Below are positions 54,760-64,000 of a DNA stretch of 64,000 nt, piece after piece. This DNA is from Candidatus Zhuqueibacterota bacterium (GTDB lineage: Bacteria > BS750m-G25). Every line of letters begins with the position of its first letter. Position 1 is the first letter of the stretch. The notes below the pieces were generated by a model. It did no database searches and was not told where the DNA came from. It saw nothing but the letters and a program-made list of their open reading frames with translations. A program made the translations under genes and the position numbers. The stretch is from assembly GCA_016783505.1 (NCBI GenBank), contig JADHWK010000001.1:62001-126000 (forward strand). The letters are read 5' to 3'.

Positions 54760-56328
54760 TTATAATTTCTTAGATGTTAAAGTAATCACTGGCAAGATCA
54801 TTTCTTCCAGGGAAACCCCGCCGTGTTGAAAGGTATCCTTGTAAAGGTTTAGATAGTGGTGATATTGAGTGGGATAGACGAAATAGTAGTTCTCCTTGGC
54901 CAGCAGATAGGTGGTATTTATACCCATACGGGGCAGTTTATACTGGGCTGGATCGGTGATCAGGATAGCCTGTTTGGGGTCGCATTTCAGGTTACGCCCG
55001 TATTTATACCGCAGACTGGTGGAAGTCTCTCGATCGGCCAGCACCCGGGCCCCCTTGAGTCCCCGAATGCTCCCGTGATCGGTCGTTACCACCACCACCG
55101 CATCCTGCTCCGAAAAGGCCTTCAAAATCTGAAACAGGGGGGAATGCACAAACCAGGAGCGGATCACCGACCGATAGGCCGCCTCGTTAGGGATCATCTC
55201 TTTCAACACCCCCGAGGAGCTCCGTGAGTGGGTCAGTATATCCACAAAATTGAAGACCATGGACACCAACGGTAGGTGAAAATAATTCGCCAGATGGCGC
55301 TCGGTATAGTAAGCCTCCTCAACATCCAGGACCTTCACGTATTTTGCCCCCGGTTTTAAGGATAGACCCGATTTAGAGAGCTGCCGATCCAGCAGTTGCC
55401 GCTCATAGCGGTTGCTAGATGATTCGTCCATCTCGCCCCGGGCCCAGATGTCAGGATATTCTGATTCAATCTCACCCGGAAACAGCCCACTGAAGATGGC
55501 GTTGCGGGCGTAGGGGGTGGCACTGGGCAAGATGGAATAATAGTAATCCCTCTGAACCTGGAAGTAATCATAAAACAAGGGCTCAATAGCCAGCCACTGA
55601 TCCAGTCTCAGGCAGTCAATCACCAGAAATAATACATGTCGGCCCCGGGCCAGATGGGGAACCAGAAATTTAGAAACCACGTCCACTGAAAGGGGGGGAC
55701 CATCCTCCCGACTTCTCAGCCATCCAGGATAATTCTGCTCAATGAACCGGCCAAACCGCCGATTACATTCCGCCCATTGATCTTCCAGAGTCTGCTTTAA
55801 GCCCAGGTCTGGATACCGATCCAGTTCCACCGCCCATTGGGAAAGTTTCAAGTAAATGGCCATCCAATCACCCCAATCTGGGGGAAGATCGAGGAGAAGG
55901 GCGATCTCCTTAAGTTCGCTCAGGTAGTCCCGGGACAATCTTTCCCTGGCTAAGGCCTTACTTTCGATGATCTTTTTCAACACCAGCAGGATCTGGCTGG
56001 GATTAACGGGCTTGGTGAGGTAATCCTCGATGCTTAAGCCGATGGCCTCATCCATGAGCCTCTCCTCCTCGCTCTTGGTAATCATGACTACCGGCAACTG
56101 TGGGTTGAGGTTCTTGATCTCGATCAGGGTAGAGAGGCCGTCTTTGCCGGGCATCATCTCATCCAGCAGAACTACCTCGAAGGGTTCCTCCCGAACCAAG
56201 GAGACGGCGTCATCCCCATTGGTGACCGCCTTGACCTCATAACCCCGTTCCTCTAAAAAAAGAATATGGGGCTTAAGCATCTCAATCTCATCATCGGCCC
56301 AGAGTATTTTCTTCCTCTCAGCAGGCAA
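54760..56328 (-). CDS. porX: PorX-like response regulator with PglZ phosphodiesterase domain
   Basis: ILWADDEI, LDEMMPG, MITKSEEE, SATPYARN, TTDHG, FQHGG. Confidence 0.88.
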   Translation of the reverse strand: MPAERKKILWADDEIEMLKPHILFLEERGYEVKAVTNGDDAVSLVREEPFEVVLLDEMMPGKDGLSTLIEIKNLNPQLPVVMITKSEEERLMDEAIGLSIEDYLTKPVNPSQILLVLKKIIESKALARERLSRDYLSELKEIALLLDLPPDWGDWMAIYLKLSQWAVELDRYPDLGLKQTLEDQWAECNRRFGRFIEQNYPGWLRSREDGPPLSVDVVSKFLVPHLARGRHVLFLVIDCLRLDQWLAIEPLFYDYFQVQRDYYYSILPSATPYARNAIFSGLFPGEIESEYPDIWARGEMDESSSNRYERQLLDRQLSKSGLSLKPGAKYVKVLDVEEAYYTERHLANYFHLPLVSMVFNFVDILTHSRSSSGVLKEMIPNEAAYRSVIRSWFVHSPLFQILKAFSEQDAVVVVTTDHGSIRGLKGARVLADRETSTSLRYKYGRNLKCDPKQAILITDPAQYKLPRMGINTTYLLAKENYYFVYPTQYHHYLNLYKDTFQHGGVSLEEMILPVITLTSKKL

Positions 56329-56536
56329 AACATCCCCTATTTAATCATCTTAGAATGACTAAAAATTGACTTCAATAAAATGAATAGGTTACGTAAGACG
56401 TTTATCAGTCGGGCGCCTGACCGAACCGAATGTCTCAGAAACCCCTCCATAAATATCGTGGTTGTTCAGTTGCCCCGAACCTTCGGGGCTAAGCTCATCT
56501 TTTTAGACACCCATGCCCAGGAATCAATTGTTCTTG

Positions 56537-57352
56537 CTAATGGAGGGAAACTTCCATCCTTTTTCTTTTATGGAAGAGGCAGATTTTATCATATCCTGCC
56601 TCCTCTACCGCCGCCACCAGCCGATCAAAGGCCCAGCCCACTTCACCGGGGCGGTGGGCGTCCGACCCCAGGGTGATGGGAATGCCAAGCCGGCGGGCCA
56701 GTGACAAAAACCGGGGTCCCGGATATATCTCCCCCACCGGGGCCCGGAGGCCGGAGCTGTTCACCTCCAGACAGAGGTCATATTCGGCCATGACCTCCAG
56801 CGTCCGCCAGACCCAGGGATCATAGGTTTTATCGGGGAAATAGGCATATTTCTTAATCAGGTCCAGGTGGGCCATAACATCGAATAGACCTGTCCGGGCT
56901 GCCTCCCGCACCAGGGCAAAATATTCCCGGAAGACCTCATCCATATTCCGACGATGGTATTCCCCCACCCCCTTCCGTGAGACGAAACCCCAGTCGCCGA
57001 TGAAATGCACCGACCCCAGCACATAGTCGAAGGGAAAACCGCTCAATACTCCGGCCAGGACGTCTTCCAGGCCGGGCACAAAGTCGGCCTCGATTCCGAT
57101 ACGTACGGTGGGATTCCCGTCCTTTTTCTGGGTCTTCCTCAACTCTGTGAAATAAACCTTCTCCAAATCCCCTATTTCCATCCGATGGGCGGCGTCATAG
57201 CCGGTGGGGACGGGCATATGATCGGCAAAACCAATTTCATCCAGCCCCTTTTGCTTAGCCATGACTAGATAATCGCCCGGTTCCCCCTGGGCGTGTTTGC
57301 AGAGTTTGGTGTGCAGATGATAATCAACCAGAATGGTTAAGCCCCTCCTCAA
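56537..57352 (-). CDS. PHP-family histidinol-phosphatase (start uncertain)
   Basis: DYHLH, ADH, GIE, GSVH, AHLD, GSDAH. Confidence 0.85.
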   Translation of the reverse strand: MRRGLTILVDYHLHTKLCKHAQGEPGDYLVMAKQKGLDEIGFADHMPVPTGYDAAHRMEIGDLEKVYFTELRKTQKKDGNPTVRIGIEADFVPGLEDVLAGVLSGFPFDYVLGSVHFIGDWGFVSRKGVGEYHRRNMDEVFREYFALVREAARTGLFDVMAHLDLIKKYAYFPDKTYDPWVWRTLEVMAEYDLCLEVNSSGLRAPVGEIYPGPRFLSLARRLGIPITLGSDAHRPGEVGWAFDRLVAAVEEAGYDKICLFHKRKRMEVSLH

Positions 57353-58217
57353 ATTCTGCCAGCAATTTCCTTAATCGGTCCGCCCCAGCATGGTCTAACC
57401 TCCCCCCATCCTGGGCCAGCTTCAGGGTCAGCCGCCCCAGCACGGTATAAAGAGGGGTCAGATCGGGAACCCTCTCCCGAAGAGTCACCAGATGAGAGCG
57501 TACCGTCTTCAGGTCCCCCCTGGCTATCGGGCCGGTGAGGGCCCGCTCTCCCCCCAGCCAGGAGGCGTTCCTTAAAGACTGTCGGGCTAGGGGCTCGATG
57601 ATCCGATAGCATGTCTCCCGACTAAAACCCAGGGGGCCGTAGAGCTTTTCCACCTGGGCCAGCAGGGTGACCAGATAGTTTGAAGCCAAAATGGCGCCCA
57701 GGTGGTAGAGGGGTTTCTGCTCGGGCCAGACCTTAAGGACCCATCCCCCGAGCCCCTCCACCAATCGCCGGGCAAGGGGGAAGGCCTCCTCATCCCCCTC
57801 AAAGGCAAAGGCCACCCCGGCAAGCTCCGGGGCCAAACCTTTGCAAAAGGTCTGCATGGGGTGAAAGGAAAAGGTTTTAGCCCCGTGTACCTTCACCGGA
57901 TCCAGCACCGAGGCCGGCATCGCCGCTGAAGTGTGAATTACCACCGTCGCTTCAGTTAATAGACCGGTTTTTAAAAGTGTTTCCGCCACCAAGGCGATCT
58001 GATCGTCGGGGGTGGTGATGAAAAAAATCTCCGTATCTTTAGGGATATCCTTTACATCCCGGGATACCACTCCGGCCCCACATCCCGACCCGCATCTTTG
58101 GGCTGACCGCATGCTACGGCTGACCACAGCCGTAATCGTATACCCCCCTTGATGAAGGGCCGCCGAAAGGACCTGCGCCACCCCCCCGGCGCCGATGAAG
58201 GCGATGCGTTCTTTCAT
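57324..58217 (-). CDS. Rossmann-like plus DUF2520 oxidoreductase
   Basis: IGAGGV, PDD, HPMQTF, YH, LTGPIARGD. Confidence 0.88.
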   Translation of the reverse strand: MKERIAFIGAGGVAQVLSAALHQGGYTITAVVSRSMRSAQRCGSGCGAGVVSRDVKDIPKDTEIFFITTPDDQIALVAETLLKTGLLTEATVVIHTSAAMPASVLDPVKVHGAKTFSFHPMQTFCKGLAPELAGVAFAFEGDEEAFPLARRLVEGLGGWVLKVWPEQKPLYHLGAILASNYLVTLLAQVEKLYGPLGFSRETCYRIIEPLARQSLRNASWLGGERALTGPIARGDLKTVRSHLVTLRERVPDLTPLYTVLGRLTLKLAQDGGRLDHAGADRLRKLLAEFEEGLNHSG

Positions 58218-58259
58218 TTAGATCACAATGATGCTAAGAAGCTTGTAAATTGCCAAAAT

Positions 58260-58728
58260 TTAGTCTGATTTCCTAGAAGTGCTATGTGATGAAGTAAAAA
58301 TCGCAAGAAGTTTCTTACATTCTTCGAAGACAGATTTGACATGTGCCCAGGTAAGCATATCAGCTTCGACAACAACCTCCAGCCAATATTCAGTTTCACT
58401 TGCCTCTTTCATGCAAATGCCAATCTTGTTTCTTAAATCAGCTTTCGATATGGGCCGATTTGCTTTTTACCCCGTTAGATAACTTTTTCCAACCCTGATA
58501 ACTATAAAATATTTCTATCTTTCATGTTTCGGATAATATTATAAAACATATTTATCTAACGGGGCGAGTAATATGCGCCAATGGATGTTCCTGCTTTAAC
58601 CATTTGATACTTAACTACCTTGCCAGCCTCTGTGTTCGGCAATTCGCCAGTGAGTTTAATAATCTGAACTGCAAACCGTAAAGTCCGCTTTTCAAGCCCC
58701 TTACCTCTTTCTTTTTGTTCATCTTTTA
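58260..58728 (-). pseudogene. Four-helix-bundle protein interrupted by a palindromic insertion
   Basis: RTLRFAVQII...GTSIGAYY | insertion | ANRPISKAD..NKIGI..KEASETEYWL. Confidence 0.8.
58470..58564. mobile_element. MITE-like element with 13-bp terminal inverted repeats
   Basis: CCCCGTTAGATAA ... TTATCTAACGGGG around an AT-rich core. Confidence 0.7.
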
Positions 58729-58811
58729 AATTTAGGCAATCTTTGCCCCGATGCTTCGGGGGAAATTTAGGTAATTCAACATTGTTTTGACCGATTGTGA
58801 GGTACTGGTAA

Positions 58812-59639
58812 TCAACCGAAGAGCACCCCGCCCAGATAACCCACCACCCCACTCTTATCCCCGGTCACATCGCCCGAATTTTTGTACTGAACCGCCCTGG
58901 CCTTCCGAGCTCCCAGCTTTTGACACCCTATCATGGCCGCCATCATAGGCCCTCCACCACATGCCTCGCAATTCCCTCCTTCCAGGTCCTGGGAAAGACC
59001 CGGAACATCGTAATCCTCCAGGTGTTGAATGACCACCCTATCCAGGTCCACCGCCGTTTGATAGGGGTGAAAGTGCGAAAGGTCGGTGCTGGCCACCACC
59101 AGGGCGGGCTTACCCGACAAAACCCTGGCTAATGCCTCCCCCAGCCGCCGGCAGTTTTCCAGCCCCTGATCACCCATCACCACCGGCACCATCCGGAAAT
59201 CCCCCAGCACCATTTGAAGGAAGGGAAGTTGCACCTCCAGGGAATGTTCATCCCGGTGTCCTTCCGAAGACAGGATGATCTTTTCGTCGGCGTCCGCCAG
59301 CCCCTGGGCCAGCTCCTGGTCCACAGGGACATCCCCCAAGGGAGTCCGGTATCCGGCCCCCTCAAAGACAGAAATCAGGGGAAAATACTCCCTATGACTG
59401 GGGGCAATGACCACTACCGACTCGTATCGCTCACCGCTCACCTGTTTGTAAGCCCAGGCGGCCACCTGACCGGAATACACATACCCGGCATGGGGACTGA
59501 TCAGACCGTAGATCTTTCCCTCCAACTCAGTCTTCTCCGCCCGGGACAGAAAATCGGTGATCTGGCGCTTGAGATAGTCCGGGTCATCGCTATAGAAACT
59601 GCCCGTCACCACCGGCGGTCTTATAAAATCTGTTTTCAT
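58812..59639 (-). CDS. amrB: AmmeMemoRadiSam system protein B (MEMO1 family)
   Basis: GSFY, PHAGY.YSG, EHSLEVQLPFLQ, STDLSH, ACG, VVGY. Confidence 0.92.
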   Translation of the reverse strand: MKTDFIRPPVVTGSFYSDDPDYLKRQITDFLSRAEKTELEGKIYGLISPHAGYVYSGQVAAWAYKQVSGERYESVVVIAPSHREYFPLISVFEGAGYRTPLGDVPVDQELAQGLADADEKIILSSEGHRDEHSLEVQLPFLQMVLGDFRMVPVVMGDQGLENCRRLGEALARVLSGKPALVVASTDLSHFHPYQTAVDLDRVVIQHLEDYDVPGLSQDLEGGNCEACGGGPMMAAMIGCQKLGARKARAVQYKNSGDVTGDKSGVVGYLGGVLFG

Positions 59640-59671
59640 TGGAGATCCTTATTATAATTATATTATCATTA

Positions 59672-60070
59672 TTAGGTTTTCAAACATCTCAGTTCAGAGT
59701 GCTCTTCAATTAAATCGAAATCCTTATGATGATGAAAAAGAACCAAACCGTTTTCAATGGCAATGGAGGCAATAATGCAATCCACAGTTGACCTTGGGGT
59801 TACCCCCCTGTTTCGACAGGTTCGATAAATTTCGGCGGCCCGAATATAGGTCTCCACCCCCCTGGAAATAAAAATGGGAAAGCTCAACAGAGTTTCTCTT
59901 ACCCCCCAGTAGTCACTATCCCGTTTTATGCCCTGCAATACCTCTGTCAGGATCAGTGGGACCAAAGCGATCCCTTCTTGTTCTACGATAAGGTCATGAA
60001 GCTTCTTGCGGTGGGCCGAGGGGGTCCCCCTGAAAAACTCAATCCAGACCGATGTGTCCACTAAAATCAA
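59672..60070 (-). CDS. VapC PIN-domain toxin
   Basis: ILVDTSVWI, EVLQG, DCIIA; final motif reads HHHKDF instead of the usual HxDxDF. Confidence 0.88.
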   Translation of the reverse strand: MILVDTSVWIEFFRGTPSAHRKKLHDLIVEQEGIALVPLILTEVLQGIKRDSDYWGVRETLLSFPIFISRGVETYIRAAEIYRTCRNRGVTPRSTVDCIIASIAIENGLVLFHHHKDFDLIEEHSELRCLKT

Positions 60071-60267
60071 ATCCGGCTCCTCCTCATTTCACGGAGATCC
60101 CCCTCCCATTCCACCTTTCCTTCGAAGTTTAAAATTTCCTTACGCCTCATCTGGTTCACGAATTCCTTCAGCGCCCGGTTAATAAGCTCTTTTTTCGTTC
60201 TCAGTTTAGAGAGCTTTAATCCCTCTTCTACCAGATTCTCATCAATGTAAACATTGGTCCGTTGCAT
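60067..60267 (-). CDS. VapB antitoxin
   Basis: RTNVYID, TKKELINRAL, WEGDL..MR; overlaps vapC. Confidence 0.88.
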   Translation of the reverse strand: MQRTNVYIDENLVEEGLKLSKLRTKKELINRALKEFVNQMRRKEILNFEGKVEWEGDLREMRRSRI

Positions 60268-60332
60268 CTTAAATCTCCCGTCTTTTTACACAAAATATAA
60301 TATTTTTTTGTGTATGAGTCAAGAACTATTTT

Positions 60333-61421
60333 TCAAACGTGGAATCGAAATTGAATCACATCCCCGTCCTGGACGGGATAGTCTTTCCCTTCCAGCCGGA
60401 CCAATCCCTTCTCTCTGCATTTGGCCAGGGAGCCCTGCGCCATTAGATCGTGGTAATGAACGACCTCGGCGCGGATGAACCCCCGTTCCATATCGGAATG
60501 GACGGCCCCGGCAGCATGGACGGCGGGGGTCCCCTGCTTGATGGTCCAGGCGTGCACCTCGTCATGAATGACGGTAAAAAAGGAAATAAGTTCCAGCAGT
60601 CCATACGAAGCCCGGATCAGTTTGTCCAAAACCGCTTCTTTCAGACCCATTTCCTCCCGGAAAATCCCTGCATCTTGCTCTTCTAACTCCGAGATTTCCA
60701 TCTCCAGCTCGGAGCACACCCCGACCATTCCCATTCCCCGCCGATCGGCCAGATCCCCATACTCCGAAAGGACGCTTTCCTCCTTTCCGGCCAGATCTTC
60801 GCCCAGATTGAGAACGATCAAAAGGGGCTTAGCGGTGAGCAGTTGAAAGCCGTGCAGGACCCTCTCATCCTTCGGGGCCAGCTCTATTTCCCGCAGGGGA
60901 ATTTCCTCCTCGATCTTCCCTTTACACAGCTCAAGCACCCTGAGTTCGTGGGCCGCCTGATCGTCTTTGACCTTCTTTAACTGCCGGGACAGTTTATCGG
61001 CCCTGTTTTCCACAATGGCTAAATCAGAGAGCAGAAATTCTGCCTCGATGATCCCGATGTCCCTGCGGGGGTCCACTGACCCCTCAGGATGGGGCACCTT
61101 TTCGCCCCCAAAGGCCCGTACCACCGCCAGCAGGGCGTCGTTGGCCTTGACCCGGTTCAGAAATTCACCGCTGAACCCCGCCTTCTGACTGGCCCCCTTG
61201 GCGAGACCGATAACATCGTCGTATTCCACTATAACGGGCACCTGGCGCTGGGGCTTAAACATCTCTACCAGCCGGTCCAGGCGCTCATCGGGGACCTTGA
61301 CCACCGCCACATGCCCCCGCTCTTTGCCCCCCCCGTAGCCCACCGCCGCATGGGCTCCTGTCAGGGCATTGAACAGGGTCGTCTTGCCCGATTGGGGCAG
61401 CCCTACTATTCCTATTTTCAC
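60333..61421 (-). CDS. ychF: Redox-regulated ATPase YchF
   Basis: GIVGLPQSGKTT, VPDERL, HSDMERGFIRAE, EGKDY. Confidence 0.9.
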   Translation of the reverse strand: MKIGIVGLPQSGKTTLFNALTGAHAAVGYGGGKERGHVAVVKVPDERLDRLVEMFKPQRQVPVIVEYDDVIGLAKGASQKAGFSGEFLNRVKANDALLAVVRAFGGEKVPHPEGSVDPRRDIGIIEAEFLLSDLAIVENRADKLSRQLKKVKDDQAAHELRVLELCKGKIEEEIPLREIELAPKDERVLHGFQLLTAKPLLIVLNLGEDLAGKEESVLSEYGDLADRRGMGMVGVCSELEMEISELEEQDAGIFREEMGLKEAVLDKLIRASYGLLELISFFTVIHDEVHAWTIKQGTPAVHAAGAVHSDMERGFIRAEVVHYHDLMAQGSLAKCREKGLVRLEGKDYPVQDGDVIQFRFHV

Positions 61422-61504
61422 GGTAACAACCCACCAAATATTATATAGTTAGAATAAATGGCTGACGCCTTAACTCCCTAATAAAGTTAAATCTTTTAGG
61501 GTTT

Positions 61505-61993
61505 TCAGCGTTTATACCCGATCTTCCGCAGAAATTCTTTGCGAACCCGGACATTCTCATCCTTTTCAACCCCTACTGGGGTTTCCCCATCAACCACACC
61601 CAGGATGCCCCGCCCCAGTTCTGTCTCCACCACGATCACCTCCACCGGATTGGCGGTGGCGCAGAAGATCGAACAGACCTCAGGACAGTTCTTGACCGCA
61701 TTCAGCACGTTGAGGGGAAAGGCCTCCTTCAGCAGGATGACGAAGGTGTGCCCAGCCCCGATGGCGAGGGCGTTCTCGGAAGCGACCTTTTTCAATTCTT
61801 CATCATTCCCCTCAACCCGCACCAACCTCTCCTGGGAGGCCTCGTTGAAGGCCAGTCCGAATTTGATCCCGGGGACCGATCCTATCAACACCTCATACAG
61901 GTCTTCGACCGTCTTGATAAAATGGGTCTGACCGATGATGATATTGGTCCCTTCGGGAATATTCATCTTTACCGATTTGAGCTCCATGTCCAT
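61505..61993 (-). CDS. Adenosine-specific kinase family protein
   Basis: GQTHFIKTVED, AFNEAS, GAGH, ATANP, GVVDG. Confidence 0.85.
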   Translation of the reverse strand: MDMELKSVKMNIPEGTNIIIGQTHFIKTVEDLYEVLIGSVPGIKFGLAFNEASQERLVRVEGNDEELKKVASENALAIGAGHTFVILLKEAFPLNVLNAVKNCPEVCSIFCATANPVEVIVVETELGRGILGVVDGETPVGVEKDENVRVRKEFLRKIGYKR

Positions 61994-62155
61994 CTCCTTT
62001 TAGTCACTTATCCAGGGTTACTTTTAATATAAAGAAAATCTCCCCCATTCTCAAGTAAAAAAAGAAAAACCTTCCTGTACAAGGAAGGCCTTGAGTTCAA
62101 AATTCCGCTTTTGACTTGTACTGATCCAAATGTCATCCTGAAGCAGATTTTAAAA

Positions 62156-62692
62156 TTACGATTTAAACTTTTTTATGTTTTTTGGATTCTCGGTATCCAG
62201 TTCCCTTTTAAGGGAATTGTTTATAACAGATTCCCTAATCTGATTAAATTCCTTCTCGTTACGGATAATATGCTCGTAATAATTACGTTGCCATTTGAAA
62301 GTACATAATCCCATTTTACGAATGTTTTTTGTTACGATGGATTTGAATTGTCCGATGATAGAACCAAGGGAATTGGATTGTAATCCAATTGTAGGGGCGA
62401 CCCGGCGGGTCGCCCCTACGACATCAATAATCATAATAATCCCATGTAAATGATTAGGCATCACATTAAATTCATCCAATTCTACATTGTCCCGAATTTT
62501 GGCCGTCTTTAACCATTCGGCTTTAACCACCTGACCGAATTCATTCAACCGCATTTCGCCATACACAACATCACCAAAAATACATTCCCGATTATGGGTG
62601 CATATCGTGATGAAATATACTCCTGCCTGGGAATAATCATAATCTTATAATCGAATGGAACGACGATGATGTTTCTCTGGATTGTATATCAT
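62156..62692 (-). pseudogene. REP-associated tyrosine transposase (RAYT, Y1) with a nonsense codon
   Basis: HHRRSIRL*DYDYSQAGVYFITIC, MPNHLHGI, WQRNYYEHIIR; TAA at 62645-62647. Confidence 0.85.
62391..62419. repeat. Perfect GTAG-type REP palindrome inside the RAYT gene
   Basis: GTAGGGGCGACCC-GGC-GGGTCGCCCCTAC. Confidence 0.85.
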
Positions 62693-62777
62693 TTTTTACG
62701 TTGATGATATTGTTAATGATCCCCCTCATAAAACGGCTCGATATGCACCAGCATGTCTTCCACCTGGGAAAGCCTTT

Positions 62778-63272
62778 CTATTTCGAAAGCTCACCGGCTA
62801 ATTTGAGAATATCTTCTTTCAATTTGTCACTCAACCGAAATCCCAATCTCAAAAGTTTCTCATTAACTTCAGACACAGATTCAATGTGTCCCTGCATTTT
62901 TGATTTCAAGATAATTCCGGCCGGGCCGGTAAACCTTAAGCCCCGTAGCTCGACAATACGGCGGGCCAATCGCTCATCAAGAATGATGAGTGACCCTGGC
63001 TTTTCAATGGATAAAGCTAATACTTCAGCTTCACCTAGACCTAAGTCGGTTATCAACTTAAGATATTTAGGAACCTCTACTTTTTGTGCTTGAATCCAAG
63101 GATAGTCTTTAATATCTGGAACATCCTCCCCCTGCAATTTACCTTGCTCTAACTCGTAAACGACTCCTTGGGGAACAATGATAGTACCGTAGAGTTTTTC
63201 GAGCAATTCTAAAAGCCCTAAGCGATGCAAATAGAAAAGGGGCGAAGTATTTACAATTACATGTTCAGGCAT
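62778..63272 (-). CDS. DUF3368 PIN-like protein
   Basis: VNTSPL, LGLGEAE, LDERLAR. Confidence 0.85.
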   Translation of the reverse strand: MPEHVIVNTSPLFYLHRLGLLELLEKLYGTIIVPQGVVYELEQGKLQGEDVPDIKDYPWIQAQKVEVPKYLKLITDLGLGEAEVLALSIEKPGSLIILDERLARRIVELRGLRFTGPAGIILKSKMQGHIESVSEVNEKLLRLGFRLSDKLKEDILKLAGELSK

Positions 63273-63516
63273 TATGCACGTTTTTCTCTAATTCTTCGAC
63301 TTCCATATCGAATATAGCGACATTATACCGATCGAGGGCTTGGAGAAAACTTACCCGTGAAATACCAGCTAATTCTGCCGCTCGCCATGAAGACAACTTG
63401 CCCAGTTCATATAACTTTGCAGCAGCTGCCATGCGGATCTCTCGACTAAATTCTTCTGGGGTCTCATTGAGGGAGATCAGAACCTCATCGGGATACTCAA
63501 TTTGAATCGTCTTCAT
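63265..63516 (-). CDS. UPF0175 family antitoxin-like protein
   Basis: KLYELGKLSS.RAAELAGISR. Confidence 0.85.
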   Translation of the reverse strand: MKTIQIEYPDEVLISLNETPEEFSREIRMAAAAKLYELGKLSSWRAAELAGISRVSFLQALDRYNVAIFDMEVEELEKNVHNA

Positions 63517-63588
63517 CTTAGCTCCTTGAAATTTTGAGAATTATCTTTATTAGTATACAAAGATAATAAATAAGAATCAACTATTTTT

Positions 63589-64000
63589 TTAATGATCCCC
63601 TTCAAAAAAAGGCTCCACATGCACCAGCACGTCTTCTATCTTAGAAAGACGATACTTCATGTGATTTTTCACTTCGGTTGCCATAAAATGGCTGTCCTGC
63701 ACGGAAACGTCCTTTCCCGCCTCCACATGAATGTCCACCAGATACCCCAGCCCGCTCTTCCTCACCCTCAGCTTCTCCACCCCCATCACCCCTTCCACCT
63801 CGAGGGCCAGCCTGCGGATATCGTCCAATAGGGCTTGCTCTGGCTGTCTGTCCATCAGCTCCCGGGAACTGGAGAGACCGATCTTTATCCCCACATAGAT
63901 GATCATTGCTGAGATGAACCCGGCGGCGATGTGGTCCAGAGCCTGCCAGCCTGAGCCCCCCAGCATGGCCCCGCCGATGCCCAGGAAGGCGGCCGCTGAA
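63589..64000 (-). CDS. Cation diffusion facilitator transporter, C-terminal part (5' end outside the window)
   Basis: ELMD, LRVRKSG, VDIHVE, VLVHVEP. Confidence 0.85.
   Translation of the reverse strand, partial: SAAAFLGIGGAMLGGSGWQALDHIAAGFISAMIIYVGIKIGLSSSRELMDRQPEQALLDDIRRLALEVEGVMGVEKLRVRKSGLGYLVDIHVEAGKDVSVQDSHFMATEVKNHMKYRLSKIEDVLVHVEPFFEGDH

Overview
64 kb of chromosomal DNA from an anaerobic bacterium. It is probably FCB-group, inferred from PorX next to tsaE, an NYPNPFN/FlgD-type C-terminal sorting domain, and kdsA/kdsB. Every credible gene lies on the minus strand. The left 35 kb is an energy-metabolism supercluster. In transcription order it holds an aldehyde dehydrogenase, P5C dehydrogenase, an ArcE-like ATPase with carbamate kinase, sucCD, a four-subunit 2-oxoacid:ferredoxin oxidoreductase, an hdrC-hdrB-hdrA-mvhD-hdrD-hdrA/mvhD cluster, two malic enzymes interleaved with a second oxidoreductase, two unusual nucleotidyltransferases (one a 986-aa GlnE-like double NTase), ndk and ackA. 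Three genes split in the ORF track are best read as single selenoproteins with an in-frame TGA: both HdrA paralogues, whose SECIS-like hairpins show a compensatory base pair, and an exported DUF1573/Ig-repeat protein with a U-G-C motif. An AT-rich integron-type cassette array with no integrase in the window sits directly upstream of hdrC; it has four att sites and carries DUF202, a TGA-interrupted membrane protein and Fic. The right half holds an AT-rich secreted peptidoglycan-hydrolase-like trio and housekeeping genes (lon, hsp20, kdsA, pyrG, kdsB, cdaA, tsaB, tsaE, porX, amrB, ychF). Intact or decayed toxin-antitoxin modules, REP/MITE-like palindromes and a dead RAYT transposase are scattered through the window. 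All calls come from reading motifs by eye; no database search was run.
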